NCBI GenBank assembly: GCA_964016885.1
Contig: CAXHJY010000413.1
Coordinates: 1 to 64,000 of the forward strand
DNA length: 64,000 nucleotides
Source of the DNA: Eledone cirrhosa
Taxonomy: Eukaryota
Direction: 5' to 3'
A model generated the notes under the pieces. That model worked only from the letters and a program-made list of their open reading frames with translations, did not search any database and was not told the origin of the DNA. Shown piece by piece: positions 32,563 to 46,548 of the stretch (positions within the stretch are counted from its first letter, which is position 1; each line of letters begins with the position of its first letter). A program made the position numbers and the translations under genes.

Positions 32563-33363
32563 TGGGAGTGAAGAACCCCTAGCCCTTGTCAGGGCATTCT
32601 TCTAGGAGAAGGCATCTCAGGAAACTGGGTTAACTCCGACATAAAACCTGCGGCTCAGTAGTTACCGATGATGTTGATCTTTTCTTCTTTTCGGGTTATA
32701 GCTACTGTCGCTCAGAGAATCGGATGGGCTCAGTGCACAGTCTTTCCTCACTTTAAAAAGAATCTTCACGCACAGGCATTGCACAGTAGCATTAATTAAT
32801 AATTATTAATAATGTTATATCGTGCAATGACCATACTCGATAAGGAGAGGGCAGCCATCGTCATGTATGTATGAATGTATGTATGTATATATATATGTAT
32901 ATGTGTGTGTGTATCATTAAGTTTTAAAATTCCGCTAGACACACGATGTTCACATCTTTTGTGGATATCTCAATTTCTTACGTATAATAGAATATAGATA
33001 TACATGGTATTATTAAATGCAAGTATCTCCCTACATACAGGAAATTAAAATCAATAGCTTAATATCTTATGTACAATAGAATATATACCATATTGATATT
33101 ACAGTGTTAGATATAAATATAATTATTGATCATATGATTTTTTACAGACGAATGTACCCATAATGGTAAACAATATAACGGAGCATTTAAAATCGACTGC
33201 AATACATGTGTGTGTACTGAAACGGGCCAAGCACTGTGTACAAGCAAAAGTTGTGGCTATGGACAGCGACATACATGTAGGTATCAAGGTAAACGTTACG
33301 CTGTAGGACAGACATCTCAACAATCATGTAATAAATGTGTATGTAAAGCCAGTGGTCAAATGG
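32563..33363 (+). pseudogene. Inverted partial duplicate of the Cys-rich gene (intron 1 end plus the first ~215 bp of exon 2)
   Basis: Reverse complement of about 50864-51665. Acceptor TTTACAG|ACG at 33147/33148. Truncated by a Dong/R4 3' end. Confidence 0.9.
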
Positions 33364-34768
33364 AGTTATTAGATACAGAGTTTTTGGAATGTTTATATAT
33401 TTTTATTGTTTCATTAATGGATTCTACTTGTAATTTCCTACCTAATCGTGTTCCTTCTGTTTCTGTGAAGCCCAGCTTCTCGAGATTTGTACTGAGGCAG
33501 TTACTAACCTGTCCCAGTGCCCTAATAATCATAGGTATCAATCTGAAGGTGTAATCAGGGTGGAGTATCTGCATATTTCTCTTTAGTTCTGCATAGATAT
33601 TCTCCTTTTCGCTAATCTTTGATATTATATTGGCATTTTCTGGGCAGCTAACTTCCACTGATGTGCATGCCTTCTTTTCCCTGTCCCATATCATTACATC
33701 TGGTCTGTTATGCCTGCATTTTATGCAGATATCGGATAAGAAGAACTCTACAGTTTGTAGGACTGGAGTATACATAATATATAAAATCAAAAGATGGTTA
33801 AAAGAGTTCCATGTATTTTATATTTGATATGTTAATTTAAAACTGCACTATTCACAAGTGTTTTTAACCTTCATATCATGTCTGGGAGTGAAGAACCCCT
33901 AGCCCTTGTCAGGGCATTCTTCTAGGAGAAGGCATCTCAGGAAACTGGGTTAACTGTTATGCCTGCATTTTAGCTGTTGTTGGTCCAAGATAGACTACTT
34001 TGTTTATCTATATTACTCTCACTGTGGCGTTTCTATGCAACATATCCATGCATATTACTAGAACATTCCACCAGTACTCTTTCATATTATATATATGTAT
34101 GTCTTCCACATTGCTGTAGCTTTTAATGTGTTTATTGTCGGGGCTATCTTATCTACGGATTGCATTGTACGGTGTTTTGGCCTCTACAACATGCCCCATA
34201 GGTAGATAGTACCGTGGTGACATCTTTGGACAGCTGCTTATGACATGGATGACATCTTCGATGTTAATTCTGCAGAGTCTGCTCTTGTTATCACATCTAG
34301 GTGTTTTGCCTGCATCCCTATCTCTTTTGTGAATCAGGTATTTCGAGTTGATTTCCAGTTCTTGAATTGCAAAGCGTATCCTTCAAAGTGGGAGCCAATA
34401 TAGCTGTTGTTGGTCCAAGATAGACTACTTTCCTTATCTATATTACTCTCACTGTGGCGTTTCTATGCAACATATCCATGCATAATGTTTTGCTGATAAG
34501 CATGCAGTCTTTCATCCATGGATTCACTGCGGTACTGCTGGGCATCTTCCCTGGATGTGAGGTTTTGATTATCATGCAGGGAGTATCTTTCAAAGAGTTC
34601 CTTCCCAACTCTCATGATCTTATCTGTCTCATGCAGATAGACTTGCTCACTAGATGGACTCCTACGCTTCGAGGTGCGTAATTGTTGTCGGATGGAAATG
34701 ATGCGACACTCAAGTGCTGTCTGGACTGATGTTAGGCTTCTGCCTCCCTGCTTAAGTTTCAAGATATT
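33364..34768 (-). mobile_element. Rearranged Dong/R4-like RLE LINE 3' fragments
   Basis: HNRPDVMIWDREKKACTSVEVSCP, a CRLC-type zinc knuckle remnant and KQGGRSL. Homologous to 42352-43845. Confidence 0.8.
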
Positions 34769-35455
34769 ATGGAAAGCTCTCCGTGTGAAAGCATAGAAGC
34801 TCTTGTGCTTCAGCAAAGACTCCAATGGAGTGGTCACCTTGCCAGGATGGAGGATTCTAGGATACCAAACCAATTCTTTTATGGAGAATTAGTTAAAGGA
34901 AAACGACCTCCAAATAAACCAAATAAAAAGTACAAGGATTCGTTGAAAGCCTCCCTGAAATACGCTAACAACTCTGTTGATACATGGGAAAGCGTAGTTG
35001 CTGATCGTAATAAATGGTGATGGACTGTACATGAGGGGAAAGTTGCTTTTGAAGCACCTTGAACCGCACACGAGAAAGTAAAAAGGGATGTCAGGAAAGG
35101 CATTGCTGTTACATTTCCTGACAGCAAAGGTTCTCCTATGGCGCTGACATGCAGCGTCTGTGCGGGTTTCTGCCTCAGCAATGTAGGCCTCAAAAGTCAT
35201 CGTCGCAGTCATAAAATGAGACCAGTGGTTGACTACCAGGCTGCTATCGGAGATGCTACTCATCATACCTGTCAAGCATGTGGAAAAGAGTGTAGATCAG
35301 CAGGAGGGCTCAAACGACATGCAAAAGTACATGAAGATCAACCACAGCCGTCTATTGTCAGTGAATATTTTTATCATGGTTGCCAACTCTGAGCAAGACA
35401 TTTTAGATCACTGGCTGGGCTGAAAAGACAGATTTGATCGCAGCACCGTTAATTA
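34769..35455 (+). mobile_element. RTE-clade LINE 3' fragment with C-terminal C2H2 fingers
   Basis: RLQWSGHLARMEDSRIPNQFFYGEL..GKR; CSVC..LKSHRRSH; CQACGK..LKRHAKVH. Confidence 0.8.
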
Positions 35456-35492
35456 TTAATATATCTATATATCTATATATACATAACGAATA

Positions 35493-35688
35493 ACGAAGAA
35501 GTGTGGTAAGTAACCAGGTGGACCATAACGCACCAGAGTACTCGATACTTTGGGTAGTAGAGTGGGTAATAAGAAAAGAGTCAGGACCCTGACGGCAGAG
35601 CTCATGCCGTTTCGGCGGCTATTTCTGAGTCCAGAAATAGCCGTCTAAACGGCTTGAGCTCTGCCGTCGGAGTCCTGACTATTTTTGC

Positions 35689-35732
<44 letters not shown>

Positions 35733-37547
35733 CGTGTGCGTGTGTGTGTGTGTTTATGCAATGGCGATACTCGTGCAATGGTCAAACTCGATGACGAAGG
35801 GGCAGCAACCATGTATGTACGGACGTACGGACGTAGGTAGGTACATACATACATATATTTCGGCCACTTGTATTCTTGATCATATTCTAGCAAGGGTGAA
35901 AATATAACTCTATGTGCATGTTGACTTAATCCTAATCCTGGATAATCAAATGCACTACACCTTCCGAAAACCCAATGAAACCCTACACTACATAAACCGA
36001 CAATCTAACCACCCAAAGGCAATCGCCGAATCATCTCCCTCCGTATTTCACGCCTGTCTGCCAATGAGAAAATGTTCCATGGAAATGCGCCACATTACAA
36101 CTTGTAGCTAAAGGAAAGCAGATTCAACGAAGGACTACAAGTGCAATGTAACAGCCTACATCGGATTAACCGCATGCGAATTTAAAACAAGGTTCTAACC
36201 GCACCTGAACCGCTTTAGAAACCGGCCCCGGAGGAATGCTCGACACTATCCAGCCATATATGGGACCTCCGTGACTATAATACCACATACGGCCTGAAAT
36301 GGAGTACCTTGTCCAAGTCCAAACCTTATGCGGGGGGCCACCACACGTGCAATTTATGCTGAGAAGAAACCATCCAAATTTTGTTCGCCAAAAAAACAAC
36401 CCACCAACAGATTCTACGAAATAACACTAGGAATCAGGACCCAGAAAGACACCCAGCATATGTGCACACTGAGACACGTACACATACACACCATGATACA
36501 ACACTATAGAAATACACTTATCTTTGTACACACACATGCAGCCACTTACATACCAATCAAACCCATGCTGCACAGTCAACACAAAAGTTATACACACATA
36601 CTCTCAAATAGGTGGGTATAACGACAGCAATGCAACTGCTACACAAAGACGACAACACTCCTCCGAGCACCCCATTACAAAAGAAACAATACCAAAGATT
36701 TGTGGGCTGGGCATACCTTACTTAGGCACAGGCACACGCTGTAACCATAGGCAGACTAAATTGTACAACAAACAATTACTCAATATAAATACACTCTCTA
36801 TCACACAGACATTCCCTCACACGCACACCTACAGGCACGGATTAACCAACATCTATTCAAGCATATACAGTGCCCCATACACATACTCCCCCCCCCCAAT
36901 ATTTCGATACACACGCATGCCAACAGCCACCTACACACCCCATAAGGTGCACATGAACAACACTATAATCCTTACCAAACTAACAACACTCACCCATACA
37001 CTTTAAATTTGCTTATCATTTAGAATAAGGTACACATAAGCTACACCTCAAAACATACCCATAAGACCCCTACACACGCATCCTAACACACATGCACACA
37101 TAACCTCATATATTAACATATCTTAGCAGTAGACCTTTTCTAAAATATACACTTACACCGGTAAAATAACGCATAAGTTTCAGCATAAAGACATTCACCA
37201 CCACACCTCGCAACAAATATAAATAAACAAAAGTCAATGACACAAAAACCCCAGTAAAATGCAGTCATAACAGATGAGATATAATGATATGGGACAGGGA
37301 AAAGAAGGCGTGCACAGCAGTGGAAGTTAGCTGCCCAGCAAATACCAATATAATATCAAAGATTAGCGAAAAGGAAAATATTTATGAAGAACTAAAGAGA
37401 AATAAAAAAATAAACACACTCGAAACAACAACAACAATTACAATACCAACAAGCCGGGCAGTGATCATTCAAGAAAACTAAAAAATAGGTACTTTTGTCT
37501 ACAGTCATATAAAATATGACTGGGTATAAGTCTGGGAGTGTGTGGGA
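35493..37547 (+). repeat. Segmental duplication copy A (hairpin, decayed Penelope fragment 35910-36440, Dong RLE fragment 37250-37405)
   Basis: Nearly identical to 61988-64000. Confidence 0.92.
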
Positions 37548-37786
37548 TTTTTTTGTGATGTCAGTGCCGATCTTGGGTCTGCGTGTTAGCTTGCGTGGGC
37601 CCACATGTGCTTATAATAGTGAGAGATGGGGAGAGCGGGAGATACGGAGGCAGTGACAGTGGGAGTTTGGTTCCTTTGTGTTCGGCGCAAGTAGTGTATA
37701 TTTATATATTTATTTACCACACCACATATAAATATGACCTAAATTGATCGTAAATTCTCTCACTTCTCCAACCACATTGATGACGA

Positions 37787-37919
<133 letters not shown>

Positions 37920-38649
37920 AAATCAAGATGACGCAGCAAAAGACATACACTCTGTTTTCCCTTGAAAATTCTACAATTCAGTCAAATTTTTCTCGGCTTT
38001 AATACCAACTGTTTCAGGCTGCCATATTGTCATGTTACTTCCGGGGAGATTCTTAAGGGAGTTTTAATGCTAAAGCTAGGGAACTCTAAAAAATCTCAAT
38101 TAATTAATTGTCTACATAGACAATGAAACATACAAAAACACCCTTCCACATACGCGCAGACACACGTGTGCACACTAGTGCACACACTCACCCACACAAC
38201 CACTCCTTGAATATATAAAAAAGAACGTAACAATTGATTTAGAACTTTCATTAATAGCCTTTCCTTGTCAATATCCTTTCCTTGGCCGCTTAACAGTTAA
38301 CGACACGTCAATCACCTTAGGCCACGCCCTTGACGAGACGGTTCACTCACAGCTGGTAGATTTAACCCCAGTCTGGAATTATCTGTCGAAACGGCAAGAG
38401 CTCACACGTCGGGCTCCTATTCCCTGTAATATTATGCGTGTGTATATATATATATATATATATATATGTGCGTGTGTGAGTGTGTGTGTGTGTGTGTGTG
38501 TGTTTGTGTGTATGTGTGTGTGTGAATTTCGTACATCTGATGATATACGGTATCTTTAATAAATAAACATTTTGAAAGCCTCAGCTATGAATACAAGGCT
38601 GACGGCCAGCGCCGTCTGGCGGAATCAATCAGAACGAAGGGGGATAATT

Positions 38650-39465
38650 GTCTATGCATTTCCACAGCAAAATCCACGTCAATAGATGGATACAGGGACA
38701 CAACATCCATACTACCTATTATGCAGTTTGTTAGGTCCCTAGATCGGTTACTCACGCCGATTCTGCTGAGGAGGTCCTCCGTGCTGTCACATACATCTGG
38801 GGACATTTCAATGATGGGGCGTATGATGGTATGGTGGGACAGTAGACTTAAACTTAAATTTAAACAACAATTAGAAGACCCCTTAACCCTGATAATGTAC
38901 TCCCGCTACGTTGATGATATAAACATCGTAGTTAAGACACCCCCACTAGAGAACAGTCAGGAACTAGAGAAAAACACAATGGAAAGCATCCAGCAAATAG
39001 CAAACTCCATCCACCAGAGCATCAGAGTTACTATAGACTACCCAAGTAAACACCCCAACCATCGATTACCTGTACTAGACACAGAGCTCTGGTTAGATAC
39101 CATTAACATCAAAAAACAAATCCCCCATTCCCATTATGCCAAACCCATGACTTCCAAACATCTGATCCACCGAAACTCGGCCGTTTCGGACCATACCAAA
39201 ATCAACATACTGATTGCGGATTTGGTACGGGTGATGAGAAACGTGTCCCGCATGTGCAACCCCGAAGAACTAGAGAGACACATACAACACTTCATCCATC
39301 GTATGCAGTTCTCTGGCTACAATCAGAGAGATAAAATCAGAGTGTATAGAGGAGCCAGAACCAAATGGGAAAAAATGGTAAATAATGACATAAATGGGAC
39401 CTGCCGCTTGTATAGAAGCAAATTTTGGAACAGAATAGAAAGAACTAGGAACAAGGCTAATAGAC
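38650..39465. mobile_element. Penelope-like RT fragment with inverted 5' piece
   Basis: Minus 38650-38806 reads CDSTEDLL...IGSMDVVSLYPSID. Plus 38822-39465 reads YSRYVDD...LPVLD. Confidence 0.85.
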
Positions 39466-41990
39466 GACAAGGGAGACGCGCTGGAAGTGCCATTCCAACT
39501 CGCGAGGCTCACACCTGCGGCTGGCCAGCTCAGCGCCTATGGTGGTGAGTAGGGAGGTAGCCGTAGGGCCAGGACACCAGAAGTCTCCACTGCCAAGGGT
39601 ACGACGGCAAACCTGTGGGAAAGCGACCGGTATTTGGAGAGTTTGGCCTCCTCAGCCCGACGTGCAGCAGAACCTGGGTTAGTTGCAGACTGCACCAGGT
39701 TGCAGCTGGAGAAAGTGTCGGTGCAAGTGGCATCCCAGACGAGGGGTTTGCCACCGCGGAAAGGGAAGATGGTCATACCATCTAGCCTTTAATGATATCA
39801 CGGCCGCAATCAGAGTGTTTGTCTCATAGAACACTGTCCTCCAACCTACTGAGGAGGTCCTGGCTGCCCTGCGACTCAAGCACACTGAGCCACCGACTGA
39901 CCTCAGACCCATACCCCCACCCGATCCTCACTTGCTCCTTCTGGCTTCCGACGCAGATATCATGACTACTATCAAGTCCTTCCCAGTTAGCAGCAGTGGA
40001 GGTGCTGATGGTCTCCGACCTGGCCACCTCAAGAAGTTACTATCCCCCCTCTTCGCTGAGGCCGGGCCCCGCTTTCTGAGTGCAATTGTGGCACTCACCA
40101 ATAGGCTTATCCATTGCGCCCTGGACCCTCATGCCCGAGGCCAAATTTTTTCGGCTAGCCTGACCGCTCTCATGAAAAAAGAGGGTGGCATACGCCCCAT
40201 CGCTGAGGGCAATGTCTCCCGGAGGCTGGCTGCCAAGGAGGTCTGCAGGTCCATAACGGGTGAACTTGGTGTCGGCGTAACCGGTGGCTGTGAGGGAACC
40301 GCACATGCAACCAGGCCATCGGAACCGGCATCCAGGGACTCCAGGTACCTCATCGTCAAGCTGGACATGAGGAATGCCTTTAACTGCATACGCCGGGACT
40401 ATCTGCTCGATGCCTGTCTCAGCCGAGCCACCTCTGCCTACCCGCTGGCCTACCTGTCGTATGTGTCCCCGAACCAGCTCCTTGCTGCTGATACGATCAT
40501 ACCTTCGGCCACTGGGGTCCAACAGGGCGACCATTGGTCCCCCTCCTGTTTGCCCTTGGTATAGACCATCTTGCCCGGAGTATCACGGCCCCTCTCAACG
40601 TTTGGTATCTGGATGATGCTACATTGGACGGATGCGTACAGACTATCTGCCATGACCTACTATCGGTGGTTCCTACCCTGGCGGAAGAGCTGAATGTCAG
40701 CCCCTCCGTCTCGAACTTGCGGTCCATTCTTCACCAGGTACAGGTGACCCCCAAAGAGGATGTCCTCATCCTCGGGTCACCGATCCACCCACCGGCCATC
40801 CACTCCACCATCAGGTCCAGACTTCAACAACTCCAGACTCTCACAAGCCGACTGGGCTTGATCGACGGCCACCCAGCTCTCTTTCTCTTGAGGAACTGCT
40901 TCGCCATACCGAAGCTCCTCTATACCCTTCACAGCGCTCCGTGCTACACTCACAGATCTCTCCTCGTTGACCTCGATACTTGTATCCGAGCAGCCGAGGA
41001 GATATGCGACGTCAGGTTTGACGACATTGGATGGCAACAGGCCACTTTAACTGTCAGATATGGCGGCCTTGGACTCCAGTCCCCGATCTCACTGGCTTTG
41101 CCGGCGTTTCTTAAGTCGATACCCTCATGCCGCGTCCTCGTCAGCAGGGTTCTCCAAAACACAATAGAACCCTCTGTGATCAGGGAAACTGAAGCCGCCT
41201 GTGAGACGTGGGATCGGCTGGCTGGAACGTAACCCAGTAGACGTCCCTCCCCCTTTTCCCCCTGGTGACGTCAAATCCCCCCAAAGCTTTTGAGATGCCG
41301 TCCAGTGCAGCTTAGCCTCAGACAGGCTCACGCGTCAGCTCGACCAACACCGCCTTGCCTGGTTTCGTGAGGCCTCCAAATCCCAAAGTGGTGCTTGGCT
41401 CCATGCCCTGCTCTCCTTCTCCACTGGGACGCAGCTCGATAACTATAGACTGCGAATCGGCATTTCCTTGAGGCTCGGCCTCCGGATCTGCTAGCCACAC
41501 CAATGTCGGTGTGTATCCACAGTGATCCCTTTCGGCCTCCGCCCGCTTTCCTGTCTTCACAGTGCCGGCCGCCTTCCACGCCATGTTGCCCTCAACGAGG
41601 TCATAAAGCATGGCTTGGACGCTGCAGGCTTCCCTTCCCAGCTCGAGCCGGTGGGGGTGGACTGAGGCGACGACAAAAGGCCAGATGGTATGACCAGCAC
41701 CTCCTTGGTGGGTTGGAGGACTGTGTCCTCTGAGGCAACCACTCTGACTGCGGCCGAGATATTACTAAAGGCTAGATGGTATGACCATCTTCCCGTTCCG
41801 CGGTGGCAAACCCCTCCTCTGGGACGCCACTTGCACCGACACTTTCTCCAGCCGCAACCTGGTTCAGTCTGCGACTAGCCCAGGTTCTGCTGCACGTCGG
41901 GCTGAGGAGGCCAAACTCTCCAAATACCGGTCGCTCTCCGACAGGTTTGCCGTCGTACCCTTGGCAGTGGAGACTTCTGGTGTCCATACT
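39466..41990 (+). mobile_element. CRE-like RLE LINE, decayed, with an inverted RLE segment at 39466-39790
   Basis: GGADGLRPGHL, GGIRPIA, KLDMRNAFN, GVQQGD, WYLDD, YGGLGL, RPDGMT..PFRGGKPLLWDATC, PLAVETSG. Confidence 0.82.
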
Positions 41991-42351
41991 CACAAAGGTA
42001 TGACTTGAGTTGACAAATTTCTCTATTGGTTTTACTTTACTATTTGTCAAAGAATATGACTTTGTTCCAACTCCATGAATCTATAATATTATAAAGCTGA
42101 GTGTCGTGTGTATTATGTATGTATGTTCTTCTGGTTTTATAATTTCACAAAGTTTTACCAATAGAGAGAGAGTCGGTTTCTAACATAGACACAAGACTTT
42201 CTCATTGGAATTTACACAACATCAACTAGGTAGATATGTATGTATGCATGCATGCATGTGTAGATATGGATGTTATTGTATGTGTGGATGTGTATGTTTT
42301 GAGTTGTATGTGTGCATGTGTATATGCTTTGTATTTGTACATGCGTATATG

Positions 42352-43845
42352 CAGTTATTAGATGCAACATTTTTGGAATGTTTTACATATTTTTACTGTT
42401 CCAGTAATGGATTGTACTTTTAATTTCCTAACTAGTTGTGTTCTTTCTGTTCCTGTGAAGCCTAGCTTCTCAAGATTTGTATTGAGGCAGTTACTAACAT
42501 ATCCCAGTGCCCCAATAATCACAGGCATAAATCTGAAGGTGTAATCAGGGTTGAGTATCTGCAGCTCTCTCATCAGTTCTGCATGAATATTCTCCTTTTC
42601 ACTAATCTTTGATATTATATTGGCATCTGCTGGGAAGCTAATTTCCACTATTCTGCATGGTTTCTTCTCCCTGTCCCATATCATAATATCTGGTCTGTTA
42701 TGCCTGCATTTTATTGGGGTTTTTACTGGAACATTCCACCAGTACTCTTTCATATTATGTACATGGATGTCTTCCACATTGTTGTAGCTTTTAATGTGTT
42801 TATTATCGGGGCTATCTTTTTTACGAACTGCATTGTACAGTGTTTTGGCCACTACGTCATACCTCATAGGTAGATAGTACTGCGATGACATCTTTAGACA
42901 GCTCCTGATGACATGGGTGATATCCTCGATGTTAGTTCTGCAGAGTCTGCACTTGTTATCACATCTAGGTGTTTTGGTTGCATCCCTATCTCTTTTGTGA
43001 ATCAGGTATGTTGTGCTACTCTCCTGTTCCTGGATTGCAAAAGCGTGTCCTTCAAAGTGGAAGCCAATATAGCGGTTGTTGGTCCAAGATAGACTACTTT
43101 CCTTATCTACATTACTCTCACTCTGGAGCTTCCTGGCAACATATCCATGCATGATTTTTTGCTGATAGGCATGCAGTTTTTCATCCATGGATTCACTGCG
43201 ATACTGCTGAGCGACATCCCTGGGTGTGAATATCTCTCAAGGAGTTCCTTCCCAACTCTCATGATCTTATCTGTTTCATGCAGATAGACTTGCTCGAGAA
43301 ACGGGCTCCTACGCTTCGAGGTTCGTAGATGTTGTCGGAGAGATATGATGCGACATTCAAATGTTGTCTGGACTGATGTTAGGCCTCTGCCTCCCTGCTT
43401 ACGTTTCAAGTAAAGGCGGTCTATGTCACTGTTGATGTGGAAGTTTCCGGTGTTGTTCAGTATTTTTCGAGTTCCAACATCAACTGCTCGGATTTCGTCT
43501 ATCGTCCAATTGAGTATTCCAACGTTGGTGTTAGGACAGGCACAGCAAACACATTGTGAGACACTGTTTTGTTTTGCACGGAGAGTTCCGATGACCAGAT
43601 CTTTCTTAATCGGGTGTAGTATTCCCTGGTTACGCGTTCTTTATTAGATACCATTATAGGATATGTTCTCATCTATCCCCAGTTATCTGTAGCAGTCCTC
43701 ATCAGATATCGGTGAAACAGTTAGGCCATTGATGACAATGTTGCTAGATTGGGTTGTTGTTTTTCCCCGCTTTACAGTCATGTATGAGCATTTATCTTGG
43801 CCAAACTCCATTCCTATATCCTTTGAGAACGTTGTAACCAGGTAA
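42352..43845 (-). mobile_element. Dong/R4-like RLE LINE 3' half
   Basis: CRLCRTNIEDITHVIRSC knuckle, HNRPDI..IVEISFP, PVIIGALG. The 3' end abuts TATG-rich microsatellite. Confidence 0.85.
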
Positions 43846-44670
43846 CCGGAGAAGGAGGAGAGACGTCTACTGGGTTTGGTCCAAGCCGGTTCCACGTCTC
43901 GCAGGCGGTCTCACGTTCCTCGATTACAGTGGGTTCCATCGTGTTTAGGAGAACCCCGTTGATGAGTACGCGGTATGAGGTTACCGACGAAAGAAACGTT
44001 GGCAAAGCCAGCGAGACCGGGGACCGGAGGCCAAGGTCACCATATCTAACAAGTAAGGGGTGCCTGTTGCATATCTCCTCGGCTGCCGCTCGGATATAAG
44101 TGTCGAGGTCAGCAAGGAGAGATGCGTGGCTGTAGCACGGAGAGCTGCGAAGGGTGTAGCAGAGATTTGGCACGGCGAAGCAGTTCCTCAACAGGAAGAG
44201 GGGTCACCTGTACCTGGAGGAGAATGGACCGCACGTCCGAGACGGAGGCTGCAAAGCTCGCAGCATCGTGCTTGACATTCATCACGAGTTGAACTGGAGG
44301 ACGATTCCCGCTAGAACAGGAACCACAGATTGTAGGTCATGGCAGACTTTCTCTACGGGCCCGTCCAACGTAGCATCATCCAGGTACCAAACGTTGAGCG
44401 GGACCTTGATACTCCGGGCAACGTGGTCTATACCAAGGGAAAATAGGTGGAAGCCCAAAGGGTCGCCCTGTTGGAACCCAGTGGCTGAAGGTATGACCTT
44501 ATCAGCTGCAAGGAGCATGCTCGGGACTCCATATGATAGGTAGGCCGGCGGATTGGCAGATTAGCTGAGGCAGGCATCAAGCAGATGATCACGGCGTAGG
44601 CAGTTGAAGGCATTGCTGATGTCAAGCTTGACAATGAGGTGCCTGGACTCCTTGGATGCTGGTTCCGGTG
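43846..44670 (-). mobile_element. CRE-like RT fragment
   Basis: KLDISNAFN, GFQQGDPLG, WYLDD. Homologous to 40320-41260. Confidence 0.8.
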
Positions 44671-44914
44671 GGACAGATAACTCATTTAAACGCTCGAGCG
44701 CTATCCCGCTCAACACACAACAAACACCGTTAGTCTCAAATAAAACCACCCTGAACCATTTAAAATGCAAATACTTATATGCATAAAACATAATCTACTT
44801 TAGAAAACTAGGAAAGCTAAATCCAGAAAAAATAGCAAAATACCGAAGTTAAGATCATCGTCGCAGTATCTACTAGACCACTACAAATAAACTAAACATT
44901 CTAAGCAACTTACA

Positions 44915-44952
<38 letters not shown>

Positions 44953-44974
44953 ATACATACATACATACATTACA

Positions 44975-45011
<37 letters not shown>

Positions 45012-45208
45012 GTAAGAAAATTAACAAAGAAAGGAAAAGACAACGAAGGGAAACCAGGCAACACCAAAAAGAGTTTTTTTAAGAGAAAACATTAAAAATA
45101 TATTGAAAAAAAAAAAAAAATACAAACAAAGCCACAGAACTCCAGGGTCATCGACCGTTGAGATGAACTTTGGTAGTTTCGGCCCCTAACAATGGTATTG
45201 CTGGTCCA

Positions 45209-45400
<192 letters not shown>

Positions 45401-45741
45401 TTAATTTCAATATTGAGTGGAGAATTCAATGCTACGAGACATATATTATAGAGAAACTGTAGCGCCCCCTTTTCTCACGTCTATTAAATGTTCAGTTGTC
45501 TCCCCTTCACTTTTCATTTATTCTTACAATTAATACACAACAACTATTAGTCTACCTCTTTACCATTTCCGTTGTTCGTTATTCCAACACATGATTTCCT
45601 CTCTTTTTTAACACTCACCATTTGTTTGTTGAATAAAATATGATTTTATCAGATTATAACTAAATACACAATGAATAGATTATTCAATGAAGGAAACATT
45701 TCAATTAGCTGATAGATTTGGTTACATATAGCTATGTGGTA

Positions 45742-45905
45742 GTGACTTCTGGCGTCTTTGGCCCTAGGACCACTTCCCTACTCACCACCAGCGACACGGA
45801 GTTCACCACCAATAGGTGTGAGCCTTGCTAGCTGGAATGGTCTTCCAACGTGTCTCCCTTCACCATTCTTCGGGGAAACGCCTTCTCTATTCTGTCCACT
45901 GGGGC
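45742..45905 (+). mobile_element. CRE-like 3' end fragment
   Basis: TSGVFGP...ILRGNAFSILST. Homologous in reverse to 48290-48535. Confidence 0.6.
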
Positions 45906-46135
45906 CGCGGAGAGATCAGCGCGTGGGGAGAGCGAGAGAGGCAAAGGCAGTGAGTTAGAGATACACCTCGGTTATTCAACTGATCTTTTGATTGATTTCA
46001 ATATATTATATGACATAAAAGGGTTTATATTTTAATATATATTTCTTCTGGAGTTGGTTAAACTTTATCCCCCCCCCCCCGTTCTCTTTCGCCTGTTCGG
46101 TGGACATTATAACTCCGCCGATAGATGAGCGGTGT

Positions 46136-46548
46136 TTAAAATGATAGCGCAAGGTCTTCAAAATGTTTTTAATTAAACATACGGTATATTACCAAATATA
46201 CTATACATACATTCATGTATACATCGCTATTTCAGAGCACCAGTCCTAATTTTTACTTTTTGCTGGACCGGCAATCGCTCTGAATAATCAGTTCCTGATT
46301 ATTACTGGAATTCTATAAGAATCCAGCCTCTATAATTTTCGGCAGAGGTCGGGGAGTACGTTGCTCTGAGGAACACCAACAGTGTGAAACAGAATCTGTC
46401 AGCTTCTCTCCCTTCCTTTGCCGAAAAGAGAAGTACGTGACATAGTCACTACTTTAAACTGATAGCGCAAGGTCTTCAAAATGTTTTTAATTAAACATAC
46501 ATTATGTATACATCGCTATTTCAGAGCACCAATCATAATATATATATA
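46136..46548 (+). mobile_element. Retrozyme/pLTR-like unit (~320 bp period, ~1.3 copies) ending in (TA)n
   Basis: Direct repeat TTTAAA.TGATAGCGCAAGG...CAGAGCACCA at 46135-46242 and 46453-46531 flanks a hammerhead. Confidence 0.65.
46336..46427 (+). ncRNA. Type I hammerhead ribozyme with extended stem I
   Basis: GCT-CTGAGGA-ACAC-CAACA-GTGT-GAAA-CAGAATCTG-TC-AGC. Outer helices GGGAG/CTCTC and TTTTCGGCAGAGG/CCTTTGCCGAAAA. Confidence 0.88.

Noticed and set aside
35138-35423. Host C2H2 zinc-finger gene
   Set aside because: The fingers continue directly from an RTE RT C-terminus and the sequence has stops.
38325-38590. Hammerhead-like motifs at 38326-38401 and 38534-38586
   Set aside because: Core or stem I mismatches. 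Possibly decayed, so not called.
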